A stretch of 10,837 nucleotides of DNA from a virus (lineage: Duplodnaviria > Heunggongvirae > Uroviricota > Caudoviricetes). The position numbers and the translations under genes are program-made. Location of the stretch: positions 1 to 10,837 of IMG/VR virus record IMGVR_UViG_2724679236_000003; one strand, 5' to 3'. The notes beneath the pieces were generated by a model. It saw only the letters and a program-made list of their open reading frames with translations. It was not told the origin of the DNA and made no database searches. Every line of letters starts with the position of its first letter. Positions within the stretch are counted from its first letter, which is position 1. Positions 1-7,902 of this stretch are shown piece after piece.

Positions 1-2501
1 TCATACACCGCCTTCATCATCTGTGGACCTGGCAGACCATTCGTACCGTCGTTGTTAATCACCACGTTGTTGTTCTGCTCAAACCTGATACCCTCTGAAC
101 GCCGCATTTGCGCCGGACTTCCGGTGCCACCGACATAACCACCGGTGGCATAGCCGCGCATCAGCCGGTAGAGATTCCCCACGCCAATCCGGCTGGTTGC
201 CTCCTTCGTGAAGACAAATTCACCACGGTGGACAATCCCCGCTGGCTCATATTTGCCGCCGGTCCCCGTAAAACCTCCGGTCGCAAAATGGAATTTCGCC
301 GCAGCAGCCTGAATGGCTGTACCGCCTGACGGTGATGCGCCGCCACCAACAGCTCCGCCAATGGCGCTGCCGATACTCCCGACAATCCCCACCATTGCCT
401 GCTTAAGCAGAATTTCTGTCATCATGGACAGCACGGAACGGGTGAAGCTGCGCCAGTTCTGCTCACTGCCGGTCAGCATCGCCGCCATATTCTGCGCAAT
501 ACCATCAAAGGTCTGCGTGGCAGCACTTTTAACCTGCGACATACTGTCCGTGGCACTATCTTTCCACTCGCTCCAGCCGGACTTCAGGCCAGCCATCCAG
601 CTCCCGTTAAGCTGGTCTTCAGCCGCCCAGGTCTTTTTCTGTTCTGACAGGACGTTATTCAGCGCCAGCGTATTATCGCCATACTGTTCCTTCAGGCGCT
701 GTTCAGTGGCTTCCCGCGCTGCCTGCCGGTCTGTCATCCCCCGGTTTTTCGCATCAATGGCAGCCCGTTTTGCCCTTTGTTGCTGTGCGAATTTATCCGC
801 CTGCTGCGCCAGTGTATTCAGGCGTTTCTGATGTTCGACCTTATCGCCTAACTCCGCCAGTTGTCGTTTGTACTCCAGCGTCTCCTCTTTATGTACCAGC
901 AGGGATTTCTCCTGTGCGGACAGCTGGCGACGTTGTGCCGCTTCCTCCAGTACAGCGAACTGACTCTCCGCCTTCCACAAATCCCGGCGCTGCTGGCTGA
1001 TTTTCTCATTCGCTCCGGCATGCTTCTCCAGCGTCCGGAGTTCTGCCTGAAGCGTCAGCAGGGCAGCATGAGCACTGTCTTCCTGGCGATCGCCTGCAGA
1101 CACTTTCACGCCGGACTGTTTCGGCTTTTTCAGCGTCGCTTCATAATCCTTTTTCGCCGCCGCCATCAGCGTGTTGTAATCTGCCTGCAGGATTTTTCCG
1201 TCTTTCAGTGCCTTGTTCAGTTCTTCCTGACGGGCGGTATATTTCTCCAGCGGAGTCTGCAGACGCTCGTAAGCCTTCTGCGCCTCTTCGGTATATTTCA
1301 GCCGTGATGCCTCAGACTCAGCACGATCTTTTGCTGCCATCTCACTGGCCTTTTCAAGATCTGCCTGCAATGTGGCGGCTGAAAGACCAAGTTGCGCATT
1401 CGCCCTGTCCTCCCATGCGCCACGGAGATTGGCAAGAAATGCTGAGGTTTTACCACGCCGGTGGCTCCGGCTCTGATACCACTGCCATTTCTTGTCCGCT
1501 TCATCAAAAGCCTTTTCTGCTTTCTCCAGCATTTCCCGGGCAGTGTACGGGCGACCAATATCCAGCACCGAATCCCACATGGATTTAAATGCCCGTGCTG
1601 TCTTATCTGCCCAGGTCTCCAGCGTGCCCATGTTATCTGTCAGGCGGCGGGTCTGGTCATCAAACCCTTTCGTTGCGGCCTCGTTCGCCGCCTGCAATGC
1701 CCCGGCTTCATCGCCGGAACGCTGCAACTGAGCAACATACGCAATCTGCTCCGCTGTCACGTTATGGAACTGGCGCGCCATCGCTGTCAGCCCCGACGTC
1801 GGGTCTGTGGTCAGCTTCCCGAAGGCTTCAGCAACCTTGTCCACCTCCACGCCCGATGCAGAGGAGAAACGAGCCACACTCTGGCTGATCGCCTCAAACT
1901 GCTCACCACCACGCACACCGGCATTCACCAGCGCCGTCAGTGACTCGCTGGTCTGGTTAAACGTCAGCCCTGCAGCCTGCCCTGCTCTGGACAGGACCAG
2001 CATACGATCTGCCGTCAGTCCTGCCTGATTACCGGAAAGGACCAGCGTTTTATTGAAACTGGACAGGGTTGAGTCCCCCTGATACCAGGCATACGCCAGC
2101 GCTCCGGTGGCAACTGCCAGCGAAGTGAACCCCACCATCGGCAGGGTGACTGCACCGGCAAGCCCCCTGAACATGGGGATCAACCCACCGAAGGAATCTT
2201 TTACCTGACCGCCCTGTTGCAGCAGGATGAGAAACGGGTTCTGCCCCCCTGCAAGCTGCGTGGCCACGTCGGTGAACTGCGCAGGCAGCATACGCATGGC
2301 AGCTTTATACTGCCCTACAGAGATACCCGCTTTCTGTGCAGCCAGCGCCTGTCGGTTCATCGACTGCTCAACAACTGCCGCTGTTTTTTTCGCATCACTT
2401 TCCGTACCGGAAAAATGACGCCTGACTCTGGCCATCTGCTCGTCAAATCTGGCTGCATCCAGACTTAAATCAACGACCAGATCGCCTACCGGTTCAGCCA
2501 T
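1..2501 (-). CDS. H: Tail tape measure protein gpH; start codon in window, 3' end runs off the window start (partial)
   Basis: ATG at 2501..2499 preceded by AGGAGGAG (rc of 2506-2513). N-terminus translates MAEPVGDLVVDLSLD and the window-start end translates ...RIGVGNLYRLMRGYATGGYVGG...FEQNNNVVINNDGTNG, both matching lambda gpH as recalled. I scanned every codon of this frame (plus-strand triplets starting at multiples of 3) from 2501 down to 3 and found no stop, so about 833 codons are open. Absent from the ORF track, presumably because its stop lies outside the window. Confidence 0.9.
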   Translation of the reverse strand, partial: MAEPVGDLVVDLSLDAARFDEQMARVRRHFSGTESDAKKTAAVVEQSMNRQALAAQKAGISVGQYKAAMRMLPAQFTDVATQLAGGQNPFLILLQQGGQVKDSFGGLIPMFRGLAGAVTLPMVGFTSLAVATGALAYAWYQGDSTLSSFNKTLVLSGNQAGLTADRMLVLSRAGQAAGLTFNQTSESLTALVNAGVRGGEQFEAISQSVARFSSASGVEVDKVAEAFGKLTTDPTSGLTAMARQFHNVTAEQIAYVAQLQRSGDEAGALQAANEAATKGFDDQTRRLTDNMGTLETWADKTARAFKSMWDSVLDIGRPYTAREMLEKAEKAFDEADKKWQWYQSRSHRRGKTSAFLANLRGAWEDRANAQLGLSAATLQADLEKASEMAAKDRAESEASRLKYTEEAQKAYERLQTPLEKYTARQEELNKALKDGKILQADYNTLMAAAKKDYEATLKKPKQSGVKVSAGDRQEDSAHAALLTLQAELRTLEKHAGANEKISQQRRDLWKAESQFAVLEEAAQRRQLSAQEKSLLVHKEETLEYKRQLAELGDKVEHQKRLNTLAQQADKFAQQQRAKRAAIDAKNRGMTDRQAAREATEQRLKEQYGDNTLALNNVLSEQKKTWAAEDQLNGSWMAGLKSGWSEWKDSATDSMSQVKSAATQTFDGIAQNMAAMLTGSEQNWRSFTRSVLSMMTEILLKQAMVGIVGSIGSAIGGAVGGGASPSGGTAIQAAAAKFHFATGGFTGTGGKYEPAGIVHRGEFVFTKEATSRIGVGNLYRLMRGYATGGYVGGTGSPAQMRRSEGIRFEQNNNVVINNDGTNGLPGPQMMKAVY

Positions 2502-2925
2502 ACCGGACTCCTCCTGCGATCCCTTCTGATACTGTCATCAGCATTGCGTCATCCTCCGTCATGTCCGGGGAAGCGGGGATAACTTCATTCCCGTCCGGAC
2601 CAAAACGAACACCTCCGGCAAGCCCTGCCGCTTTCTGCATCAGCACATCATCTTCAGGCTCTTCGTCAGCCCCGCGCCGGTTCAGCAGACTGAAATCCAG
2701 CGGATGCATATCCGGATCGCTGAAAAACAGGCTGAGCACGGTGTACGTCAGCCCGGAAAAGTGCATATCCAGCAGAACATCATGAAAATAATGGGTACTG
2801 TAAAAGCGGTGCCAGTCGGCATACTCCGTGGATGACATCCCGGCAAGCATGGCACGCCAGTCGGGTCGCCCCATCTCACGCGCCAGTTTCAGGGCAAAAC
2901 TCAGCTCACCGTCGAACACTTTCCC
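2494..2925 (-). CDS. T: T portion of the gpG-T tail assembly chaperone fusion, reached by -1 frameshift from G; no independent initiation expected
   Basis: The -1 frame relative to G is open from the slippery site to TGA at 2496..2494 and translates VFDGELSFALKLAREMGRPDWRAMLAGM..., matching lambda gpT as recalled. The first codon in the ORF track is GTG with no Shine-Dalgarno. The stop overlaps the H start. Confidence 0.85.
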   Translation of the reverse strand, partial: GKVFDGELSFALKLAREMGRPDWRAMLAGMSSTEYADWHRFYSTHYFHDVLLDMHFSGLTYTVLSLFFSDPDMHPLDFSLLNRRGADEEPEDDVLMQKAAGLAGGVRFGPDGNEVIPASPDMTEDDAMLMTVSEGIAGGVRYG

Positions 2926-3323
2926 GCAGAAACAGGCTCTGCAGGCCCGGCGTCCTCTGCCTGTTCAGGGGCATCATTCACCACAAACTCATACATACCG
3001 GACAGCCGGTACACCACGTTTTCAGCATGAGAAATCGCCTCTGTGGGCCAGGTGGTGAGCACTTCCTGCTCAATCTGTTTAACGGCTTCATTCATGGACA
3101 GCATCTGCGTCTTCTTCGGATGGTTATGCCACAGGGACATCGCCACCACAAAAGCGCCGGTTCTGATGACGTCTTCCACAGTAAACTTCCGGTTACTGTC
3201 TGACTCTGCCTGTTCTGCCTGCCGTTTCATCAGGGCGAGATGCTCAATGCGCTGCAGGGCTGACAGTTCAGAAAGCGTGACGGTCACGCCGTTATGTTCA
3301 AATGATTCGGTTTTCAGGAACAT
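2901..3323 (-). CDS. G: Tail assembly chaperone gpG
   Basis: 140 aa ORF, ATG at 3323..3321 with GGAGAG Shine-Dalgarno upstream, TGA at 2903..2901. Sequence MFLKTESFEHNGVTVTLSELSALQRIEHLALMKRQAEQ... matches lambda gpG as recalled. Confidence 0.92.
   Translation of the reverse strand: MFLKTESFEHNGVTVTLSELSALQRIEHLALMKRQAEQAESDSNRKFTVEDVIRTGAFVVAMSLWHNHPKKTQMLSMNEAVKQIEQEVLTTWPTEAISHAENVVYRLSGMYEFVVNDAPEQAEDAGPAEPVSAGKCSTVS
2919..2925 (-). promoter_or_regulatory. Programmed -1 ribosomal frameshift slippery heptamer G GGA AAG (G-T frameshift site)
   Basis: Plus strand 2919-2925 reads ctttccc, so the minus strand reads GGGAAAG. In the G frame the codons are GCG GGA AAG (A-G-K), 6 codons before the G stop; the -1 frame continues directly into T. 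Confidence 0.8.
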
Positions 3324-3338
3324 CGCTGACTCTCCGGA

Positions 3339-4079
3339 TTAACTGGCGGTGACGTTGATTTCTGCAACCGCAGCAAACTCACCATTACCGGATACAACCG
3401 GAATGTTGACCTTACCTGCAGCAACGCCCTTCACGGTGATGGTCATACCACTGACCGACACCGTGGCTTTTGTTTTATCCGCTGACACCGCACGGAAGCT
3501 CTTGTCGGTTGCGCCTTCCGGCTGGAATGCCACGGTCAGCGTGGTGCTCTGCCCTTTCACTACGGAAGCACTGGCTGGCGTTACCGTCATGCCGGTTGCC
3601 GCTGTCACCGTGCTGCGATCTTCTGCCATTGACGGACGGCCCACATTGGTGACCTTCACCATACGGGTGATCGCTTCCTTCGCCGTTACCGCCTTACCGA
3701 TACTGCTGACCCAGCCACGGAACACATCGACCGTGCCGTTCGGGAAGCGGATTTTATAGGCCCGGACATCCCCTTCATTAAACCACGCCAGCAGCGCCTG
3801 CTGCCCCTGCTCTCCGGGCATCCACGCCAGCGTGAAGCTGGTATCTCCGGCTGACTTCTGCCCCTGTCCGGTCGCGGTCCAGTCAGCATCTTCATCATCA
3901 AGATAACTGTCGTCATAGGACTCAGCGGTCAGTTCGCCGGGCGTCAGGTCTTTAACTTTAGCCAGACGCGACCAGTCAACGTCTGAAAGCGGGTTCGCAT
4001 AAGGGTCACCGTTCCCCTTATAAACCCACAGTGTGGTCCCGGCACCTTTCACCGGCATTGTAGGATTTGGTACAGGCAT
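3339..4079 (-). CDS. V: Major tail tube protein gpV with C-terminal Ig-like domain
   Basis: ATG at 4079..4077 with GAGGA Shine-Dalgarno about 5 nt upstream; translates [22 protein letters not shown]..., ending ...[11 protein letters not shown], stop TAA at 3341..3339. The ORF-track start at 4109 lies inside U and lacks a Shine-Dalgarno, so I use 4079. Confidence 0.9.
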   Translation of the reverse strand: MPVPNPTMPVKGAGTTLWVYKGNGDPYANPLSDVDWSRLAKVKDLTPGELTAESYDDSYLDDEDADWTATGQGQKSAGDTSFTLAWMPGEQGQQALLAWFNEGDVRAYKIRFPNGTVDVFRGWVSSIGKAVTAKEAITRMVKVTNVGRPSMAEDRSTVTAATGMTVTPASASVVKGQSTTLTVAFQPEGATDKSFRAVSADKTKATVSVSGMTITVKGVAAGKVNIPVVSGNGEFAAVAEINVTAS

Positions 4080-4086
4080 ATCGTCC

Positions 4087-4482
4087 TCACATTTCATAGG
4101 TAATGACATAAGTCAGATCGGCTGAACTCCACAGGCCCGCATCATCGTCGCGCCGGTAGTCATAGCCACTGGCCACCATACTGGTGATCAAATCTGACAG
4201 TGCCGGGATATCGCTCATCACCGGATAAATCCGGGACTCCATCCACGAATCCAGCTCTGAATCCGGCACCTGAGCAGGCAGGAAAACTTCGATATGCAGC
4301 TCCGCCTGCCAGGTATCGCTGTCCAGCTCTTCGCCCGTGTATTCAGCGCCGGTGAGATAAACGGCAATTGCCGGAAAATCCGCCTCATCAAAAACAGCGG
4401 GGCGACCATCAAAAAACGTCGCCCCGGTGTTATGCTTCTCCAGTGCATCCAGTACGGCTGCACGGATATCCGTATGTTTCAT
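4087..4482 (-). CDS. U: Tail terminator protein gpU
   Basis: 131 aa, [28 protein letters not shown]... matches lambda gpU as recalled. Its ATG at 4482..4480 overlaps the Z stop (ATGA). Confidence 0.92.
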   Translation of the reverse strand: MKHTDIRAAVLDALEKHNTGATFFDGRPAVFDEADFPAIAVYLTGAEYTGEELDSDTWQAELHIEVFLPAQVPDSELDSWMESRIYPVMSDIPALSDLITSMVASGYDYRRDDDAGLWSSADLTYVITYEM

Positions 4483-5057
4483 CGCTTTATCGCAATCCTC
4501 AGTTGTTGTTTCAGGACGTATTCCAGTTCTTTCGGCAAACGTTCACGCCGTATCTGTTCAATATTCTGTTTAAATGCCGTGGTCAGCGGCACCGCCATCG
4601 GAATTTTCACCACATCAATGGGGTAACGGTTTTTCCCGGCCACACGCTGCATGACATGCCACCGGCCATTTTTCAGTTGCTGAATAAACGCGCCGGGAAT
4701 ACGACGGTTTCCCACCACAAGCACGCTGCCGCCACCTTTCAGGGATGAACGCTGCCCCTTTTTACGACGTCTGCGGCGGGAAAGGACGACCCGCGCGTTA
4801 CCCAGCTTGATTACGGGCAAATCCCCCCGGTTAACCTTGATTCTGGCCTGCGGATTTTTGACCGTGGCCCTTTTCAGCCTGGCCCTTTCCTTTACCAGTT
4901 TTCGCCGCACCTTTGTCTCACGGGCAACCTGTGACGCCGACTGATTCATTGCCGTTGTGGCCACGCGGTTAATGGCCATTGCGGAGGCACCGGGCACCGC
5001 CGTTTTGCTGATACGGCTGAGGTTTTCAACGGCCTGCTCAAGACCTTTTATAGCCAT
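4479..5057 (-). CDS. Z: Tail completion protein gpZ
   Basis: 192 aa, MAIKGLEQAVENLSRISKTAVPGASAMAINRV... matches lambda gpZ as recalled. ATG at 5057..5055 preceded by AGGGGGA. Confidence 0.92.
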   Translation of the reverse strand: MAIKGLEQAVENLSRISKTAVPGASAMAINRVATTAMNQSASQVARETKVRRKLVKERARLKRATVKNPQARIKVNRGDLPVIKLGNARVVLSRRRRRKKGQRSSLKGGGSVLVVGNRRIPGAFIQQLKNGRWHVMQRVAGKNRYPIDVVKIPMAVPLTTAFKQNIEQIRRERLPKELEYVLKQQLRIAIKR

Positions 5058-5068
5058 ACATCCCCCTT

Positions 5069-5422
5069 TCAGCGGCGACGGTTAACGGCAGGCGGTACGC
5101 CACGCCCGAGCCAGAGATGACAGCTTCCGCCATCATCCGGCGAAATCCGGTCTATCCAGAAGTTTTCCTCACCGATGGTCAGCGTGTCGCCGCGCCGCAG
5201 CTGCCGCACATCATCAGTCCGGACAAACAGGGACGGGCTGGAGCCTTCAACGCGTACGCCCTGTCCGGCATAACTGATATTTTCAGGGTCATCAAAAACA
5301 CCACGTATCACAGCACCGGACTGCTCACCGGATGTAATGGTGGCTGACGTTCCCATGTACCCGCGTATCGTTTCATCGGCGCGGGCAATGGCAGCATCGA
5401 ACAGGTTATTGAAATCAGCCAC
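5069..5422 (-). CDS. FII: Head-tail connector protein gpFII
   Basis: 117 aa, (M)ADFNNLFDAAIARADETIRGYMGTSATITSGEQ... matches lambda gpFII as recalled. The start codon is GTG (rc of cac at 5420-5422) with GGGAGG Shine-Dalgarno 4-5 nt upstream. Confidence 0.9.
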   Translation of the reverse strand: MADFNNLFDAAIARADETIRGYMGTSATITSGEQSGAVIRGVFDDPENISYAGQGVRVEGSSPSLFVRTDDVRQLRRGDTLTIGEENFWIDRISPDDGGSCHLWLGRGVPPAVNRRR

Positions 5423-5433
5423 AGTGCCTCCCG

Positions 5434-5820
5434 TTATTGCATTCTGGCCAGGCCGCGCTCTGTCATTTCAGCTGCCACACCGACAGAGACACGAAACGCC
5501 GTTCCCGGCAGCACAAATGCCACAGCCTCATCCCGCGTGGCGTGAAGTGCATCAGTATGCAGCGTCACCAGTGCCACAACCGTGACCAGAGCAGCCGTAT
5601 CAGTCACGGTATCCGGCTGCGCTGATACAGCCTCATTTTCATGTCCGGTCAGCGCATTTTCCGGGCTGATAGGGGTATCCTGATCGGCAGTGTCATCAAG
5701 CTCCTCTTCCAGCTCTGCCACACGGAGCGTCAGTTCTTCTTTCGTTCCCCTCAAACTGACATCGCGGTTCAGTTGCTCACCCAGCTCCTGAAGACGGGCA
5801 ATCAGTTCATCTTTCGTCAT
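5434..5820 (-). CDS. FI: DNA packaging / head completion protein gpFI
   Basis: ATG at 5820..5818 preceded by GGAGGAG (rc of 5824-5830); translates MTKDELIARLQELGEQLNRDVSL..., ending ...AAEMTERGLARMQ. The ORF-track start at 5859 is a GTG inside the upstream hairpin with no Shine-Dalgarno, so I use 5820. Confidence 0.82.
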   Translation of the reverse strand: MTKDELIARLQELGEQLNRDVSLRGTKEELTLRVAELEEELDDTADQDTPISPENALTGHENEAVSAQPDTVTDTAALVTVVALVTLHTDALHATRDEAVAFVLPGTAFRVSVGVAAEMTERGLARMQ

Positions 5821-5832
5821 GAACTCCTCCAC

Positions 5833-5858
5833 AGAGAGAAAATGGCCCCGAAGGGCCA
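5833..5858 (-). terminator. Terminator-like hairpin just after the E stop: 6-bp GC-rich stem with UUCG tetraloop, followed by UUUUCUCUCU
   Basis: Plus strand 5843-5858 reads TGGCCC CGAA GGGCCA, which on the minus-strand RNA is UGGCCC-UUCG-GGGCCA. It is followed on the minus strand by UUUUCUCUCU (rc of 5833-5842), between the E stop (5862) and the FI start (5820). Confidence 0.45.
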
Positions 5859-5861
5859 CGA

Positions 5862-6887
5862 TTACGCCAGTTGTACGGAAACGAACTCATCAGGGTCAGC
5901 CAGCAGCATCAGCGGTGCTGACTGAATCATGGTGAACTCACGCGCCGGATCGCCGGTGGTCACCCAGTTTTTCGGGTAACGGGCAGAGGCGTTAATGCCT
6001 TCGCGCTGTGCGTCCGCATCCTGAATGCAGCCATAGGTGCGCAGACCGCGAGCCTGAGTGTTCCCCAGCACCATCGTGTTGTCCGGCAGGAAGTTCTTTT
6101 TGACGCCGTTTTCCACGTACTGTCCGGAATACACGACGATGGCCACATCGCCATACATTCCCTTATAGGACACCGCTTTGCCCAGGTCTTTTACCGCTGT
6201 CTCCAGCTCGGAATGAGAGCCGCGACGGGTATCCAGCTTCTCCCTGACGGCTTTGAAGGAACGGAACAGTGCCCAGCCTTTCGGATCAAACACGATGATA
6301 TTCACCACACCGCTGGCGTTCAGCGCGTAGGCTTCGATATCGTCGGTCGGGTCATACGTGGACTTGTCACGCTTGCTCCACTCCGTGCCGCCGGACTGCG
6401 TGATGTTATTCGCCTCACTGCGGCCCATATCCACCTCAACCGGATCGAAGGCTTCACCGGTCATGGTGTATTTGCCCCTGAGCACGGCAGAAACGGCCTG
6501 CATCTCTTCGACCTGGGCAATCGCCAGATTTTCATCCAGCATATTCTGCCGAATAATACGGCGACGACGGTAAGCCGGGTCAGCCAGGTTCTGCGGATCT
6601 TCATCCGGCAGGCGACGCAGGGTCATCTGCGGATTCACCTCATGCTTGGGTTTGACATAACCCGGCGTAAATTCAGAGGTGGAGCCGCCACGGGATCGGA
6701 TAACCTCACCGGAAACAATCGGCGAAACGTACAGCGCCATGTTTACCAGTCCCGGAATTTGTGAGAGATAGACTTTTTCCGTGGTGAAAGGATAGGTTTC
6801 ACGGAAAAACAGGCGCAGAAACAGCGGATCGAACTTAAAGTGATGCTGGGTCGATGCCAGTAATTCTGCAGTTGTATATACAGACAT
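5862..6887 (-). CDS. E: Major capsid protein gpE
   Basis: 341 aa, MSVYTTAELLA...KFDPLFLRLFFRE(T/S)YPFTTEKVYLSQIPGLVNMALYVSPIVSGEVIRSRGGSTSEFTPGYVKPKHEV... matches lambda gpE closely. ATG at 6887..6885, TAA at 5864..5862. Confidence 0.95.
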   Translation of the reverse strand: MSVYTTAELLASTQHHFKFDPLFLRLFFRETYPFTTEKVYLSQIPGLVNMALYVSPIVSGEVIRSRGGSTSEFTPGYVKPKHEVNPQMTLRRLPDEDPQNLADPAYRRRRIIRQNMLDENLAIAQVEEMQAVSAVLRGKYTMTGEAFDPVEVDMGRSEANNITQSGGTEWSKRDKSTYDPTDDIEAYALNASGVVNIIVFDPKGWALFRSFKAVREKLDTRRGSHSELETAVKDLGKAVSYKGMYGDVAIVVYSGQYVENGVKKNFLPDNTMVLGNTQARGLRTYGCIQDADAQREGINASARYPKNWVTTGDPAREFTMIQSAPLMLLADPDEFVSVQLA

Positions 6888-6897
6888 AAATTATTTC

Positions 6898-6925
6898 CAT
6901 AAAAAAAGCCGCACAGGCGGCCTTT
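6898..6925 (-). terminator. Intrinsic-terminator-like hairpin in the D-E intergenic region: GCCGC-CUGU-GCGGC stem-loop, extendable by A-U pairs, followed by a 7-U run
   Basis: Plus strand 6901-6925 reads AAAAAAAGCCGCACAGGCGGCCTTT, so the minus-strand RNA reads AAAGGCCGC CUGU GCGGCUUUUUUU AUG. It lies between the D stop (6943) and the E start (6887). Confidence 0.5.
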
Positions 6926-6942
6926 GTTGATGAAGGGGAAGA

Positions 6943-7275
6943 TTAAACGATGCTGATTGCCGTTCCGGCAAACGCGGTCCGTTTTTTCGTCTCGTCGCTG
7001 GCAGCCTCCGGCCAGAGCACATCCTCATAACGGAACGAGCCGGACTTGTAGAACGTCAGTGTGGTGCTGGTCTGGTCAGCAGCAACCGCAAGAATGCCAA
7101 CGACTGCACCGTCGGTGGTGCCATCCCACACAACCAGCTTACGGGTAGTGCCATCCAGCATCAGTGGGGTCATTGCAGGCGTTTTCGCACTCAATCCGCC
7201 AGGCGCAATTGCTGTATGAGCCGGATCACTGTTACCCAGCGGCTGGTAATGGTTAAACTCTTCTTTTGTCGCCAT
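6943..7275 (-). CDS. D: Head decoration protein gpD
   Basis: 110 aa, [31 protein letters not shown]...[11 protein letters not shown] matches lambda gpD as recalled. ATG at 7275..7273 with AAGAGG Shine-Dalgarno, TAA at 6945..6943. Confidence 0.95.
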   Translation of the reverse strand: MATKEEFNHYQPLGNSDPAHTAIAPGGLSAKTPAMTPLMLDGTTRKLVVWDGTTDGAVVGILAVAADQTSTTLTFYKSGSFRYEDVLWPEAASDETKKRTAFAGTAISIV

Positions 7276-7284
7276 AACTGCCTC

Positions 7285-7902
7285 TTATACCGGTAAAGCT
7301 TCAGGTGTATTAAGTAATTCTTTATTGGTATCAGATGCCAGGTTACTTGCAGCCAGCGGTGCCGGTGCACCCTGCATCAGACGATCCAGCGCAGTGTCAC
7401 TGCGCGCCTGTGCACTCTGTGGTGCTGCGGCCAGAATGCGGCGGGCCGTTTCCACGGTCATACCGGGGGTTTCTGCCAGCACGCGGGCCTGTTCTTCGCG
7501 TCCGTGAGCCTCCTCACAGTTGAGGATCCCCATAATGCGGCTGTTTTCTGCCGCAACCGCAGCGGTGATCTGCGCGTTCACGTCCGGCTGCGCCGCGCTG
7601 GCGTTTTCGCCCTCCGTCGCTGGCACCACGCCAGTAACGTCAGCCTGCGAAGCAGTGGCTGAAACAGTTGTTGATTGAGTCTCTTTGGTCATTCGCCCTC
7701 CTGAGAGACGGGGTTTACGTGCATCCAGTGCATCACGCATGACGGTGATCGCATCGGTACTGTTAACAAGTTCATCAGCCAGTCCGGCATCAATGGCCTC
7801 CTGACCGCTGTACACTGCTGCCTCGGTATCCAGCACGGCCTGCACGGACAGGCCGGTATATGCCGACACCTTCTGTGCAAACATCCGGCAGGTTGCATCC
7901 AT
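7285..7902 (-). CDS. Nu3: Capsid scaffolding protein gpNu3, translated in frame from an internal start within C
   Basis: Internal ATG at 7902..7900 in the C frame (…LQSR-MDATCRMFAQKVSAYTGLSV…), giving 205 codons to the shared TAA at 7287..7285. The nested in-frame C/Nu3 arrangement is established for lambda. No strong Shine-Dalgarno is visible upstream. Confidence 0.75.
   Translation of the reverse strand: MDATCRMFAQKVSAYTGLSVQAVLDTEAAVYSGQEAIDAGLADELVNSTDAITVMRDALDARKPRLSGGRMTKETQSTTVSATASQADVTGVVPATEGENASAAQPDVNAQITAAVAAENSRIMGILNCEEAHGREEQARVLAETPGMTVETARRILAAAPQSAQARSDTALDRLMQGAPAPLAASNLASDTNKELLNTPEALPV

Noticed and set aside
108-2468. Many plus-strand ORFs of 60-172 aa in the track (for example 313..831, 861..1307, 1461..1943, 1589..1888, 2217..2468)
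   Set aside because: All lie antisense to the continuous, stop-free H reading frame, which has strong similarity to lambda gpH. Their products are low-complexity and rich in Pro/Arg/Ser/Cys, as expected for antisense translation of GC-rich coding DNA.
2494-2919. T as an independently initiated gene from the GTG at 2919
   Set aside because: There is no ribosome-binding site, and the codon lies inside the slippery heptamer. Established lambda biology has T made only as the G-T frameshift fusion.
4080-4109. ATG at 4109 as the V start, giving the 256 aa form
   Set aside because: It lies inside U with no Shine-Dalgarno. The ATG at 4079 has a GAGGA Shine-Dalgarno and yields the lambda-like MPVPNPT N-terminus.
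5821-5859. GTG at 5859 as the FI start, giving the 141 aa form
   Set aside because: It sits 2 nt after the E stop, inside the GC hairpin, with no Shine-Dalgarno. The ATG at 5820 has a GGAGGAG Shine-Dalgarno and the lambda-like MTKDELIARL N-terminus.
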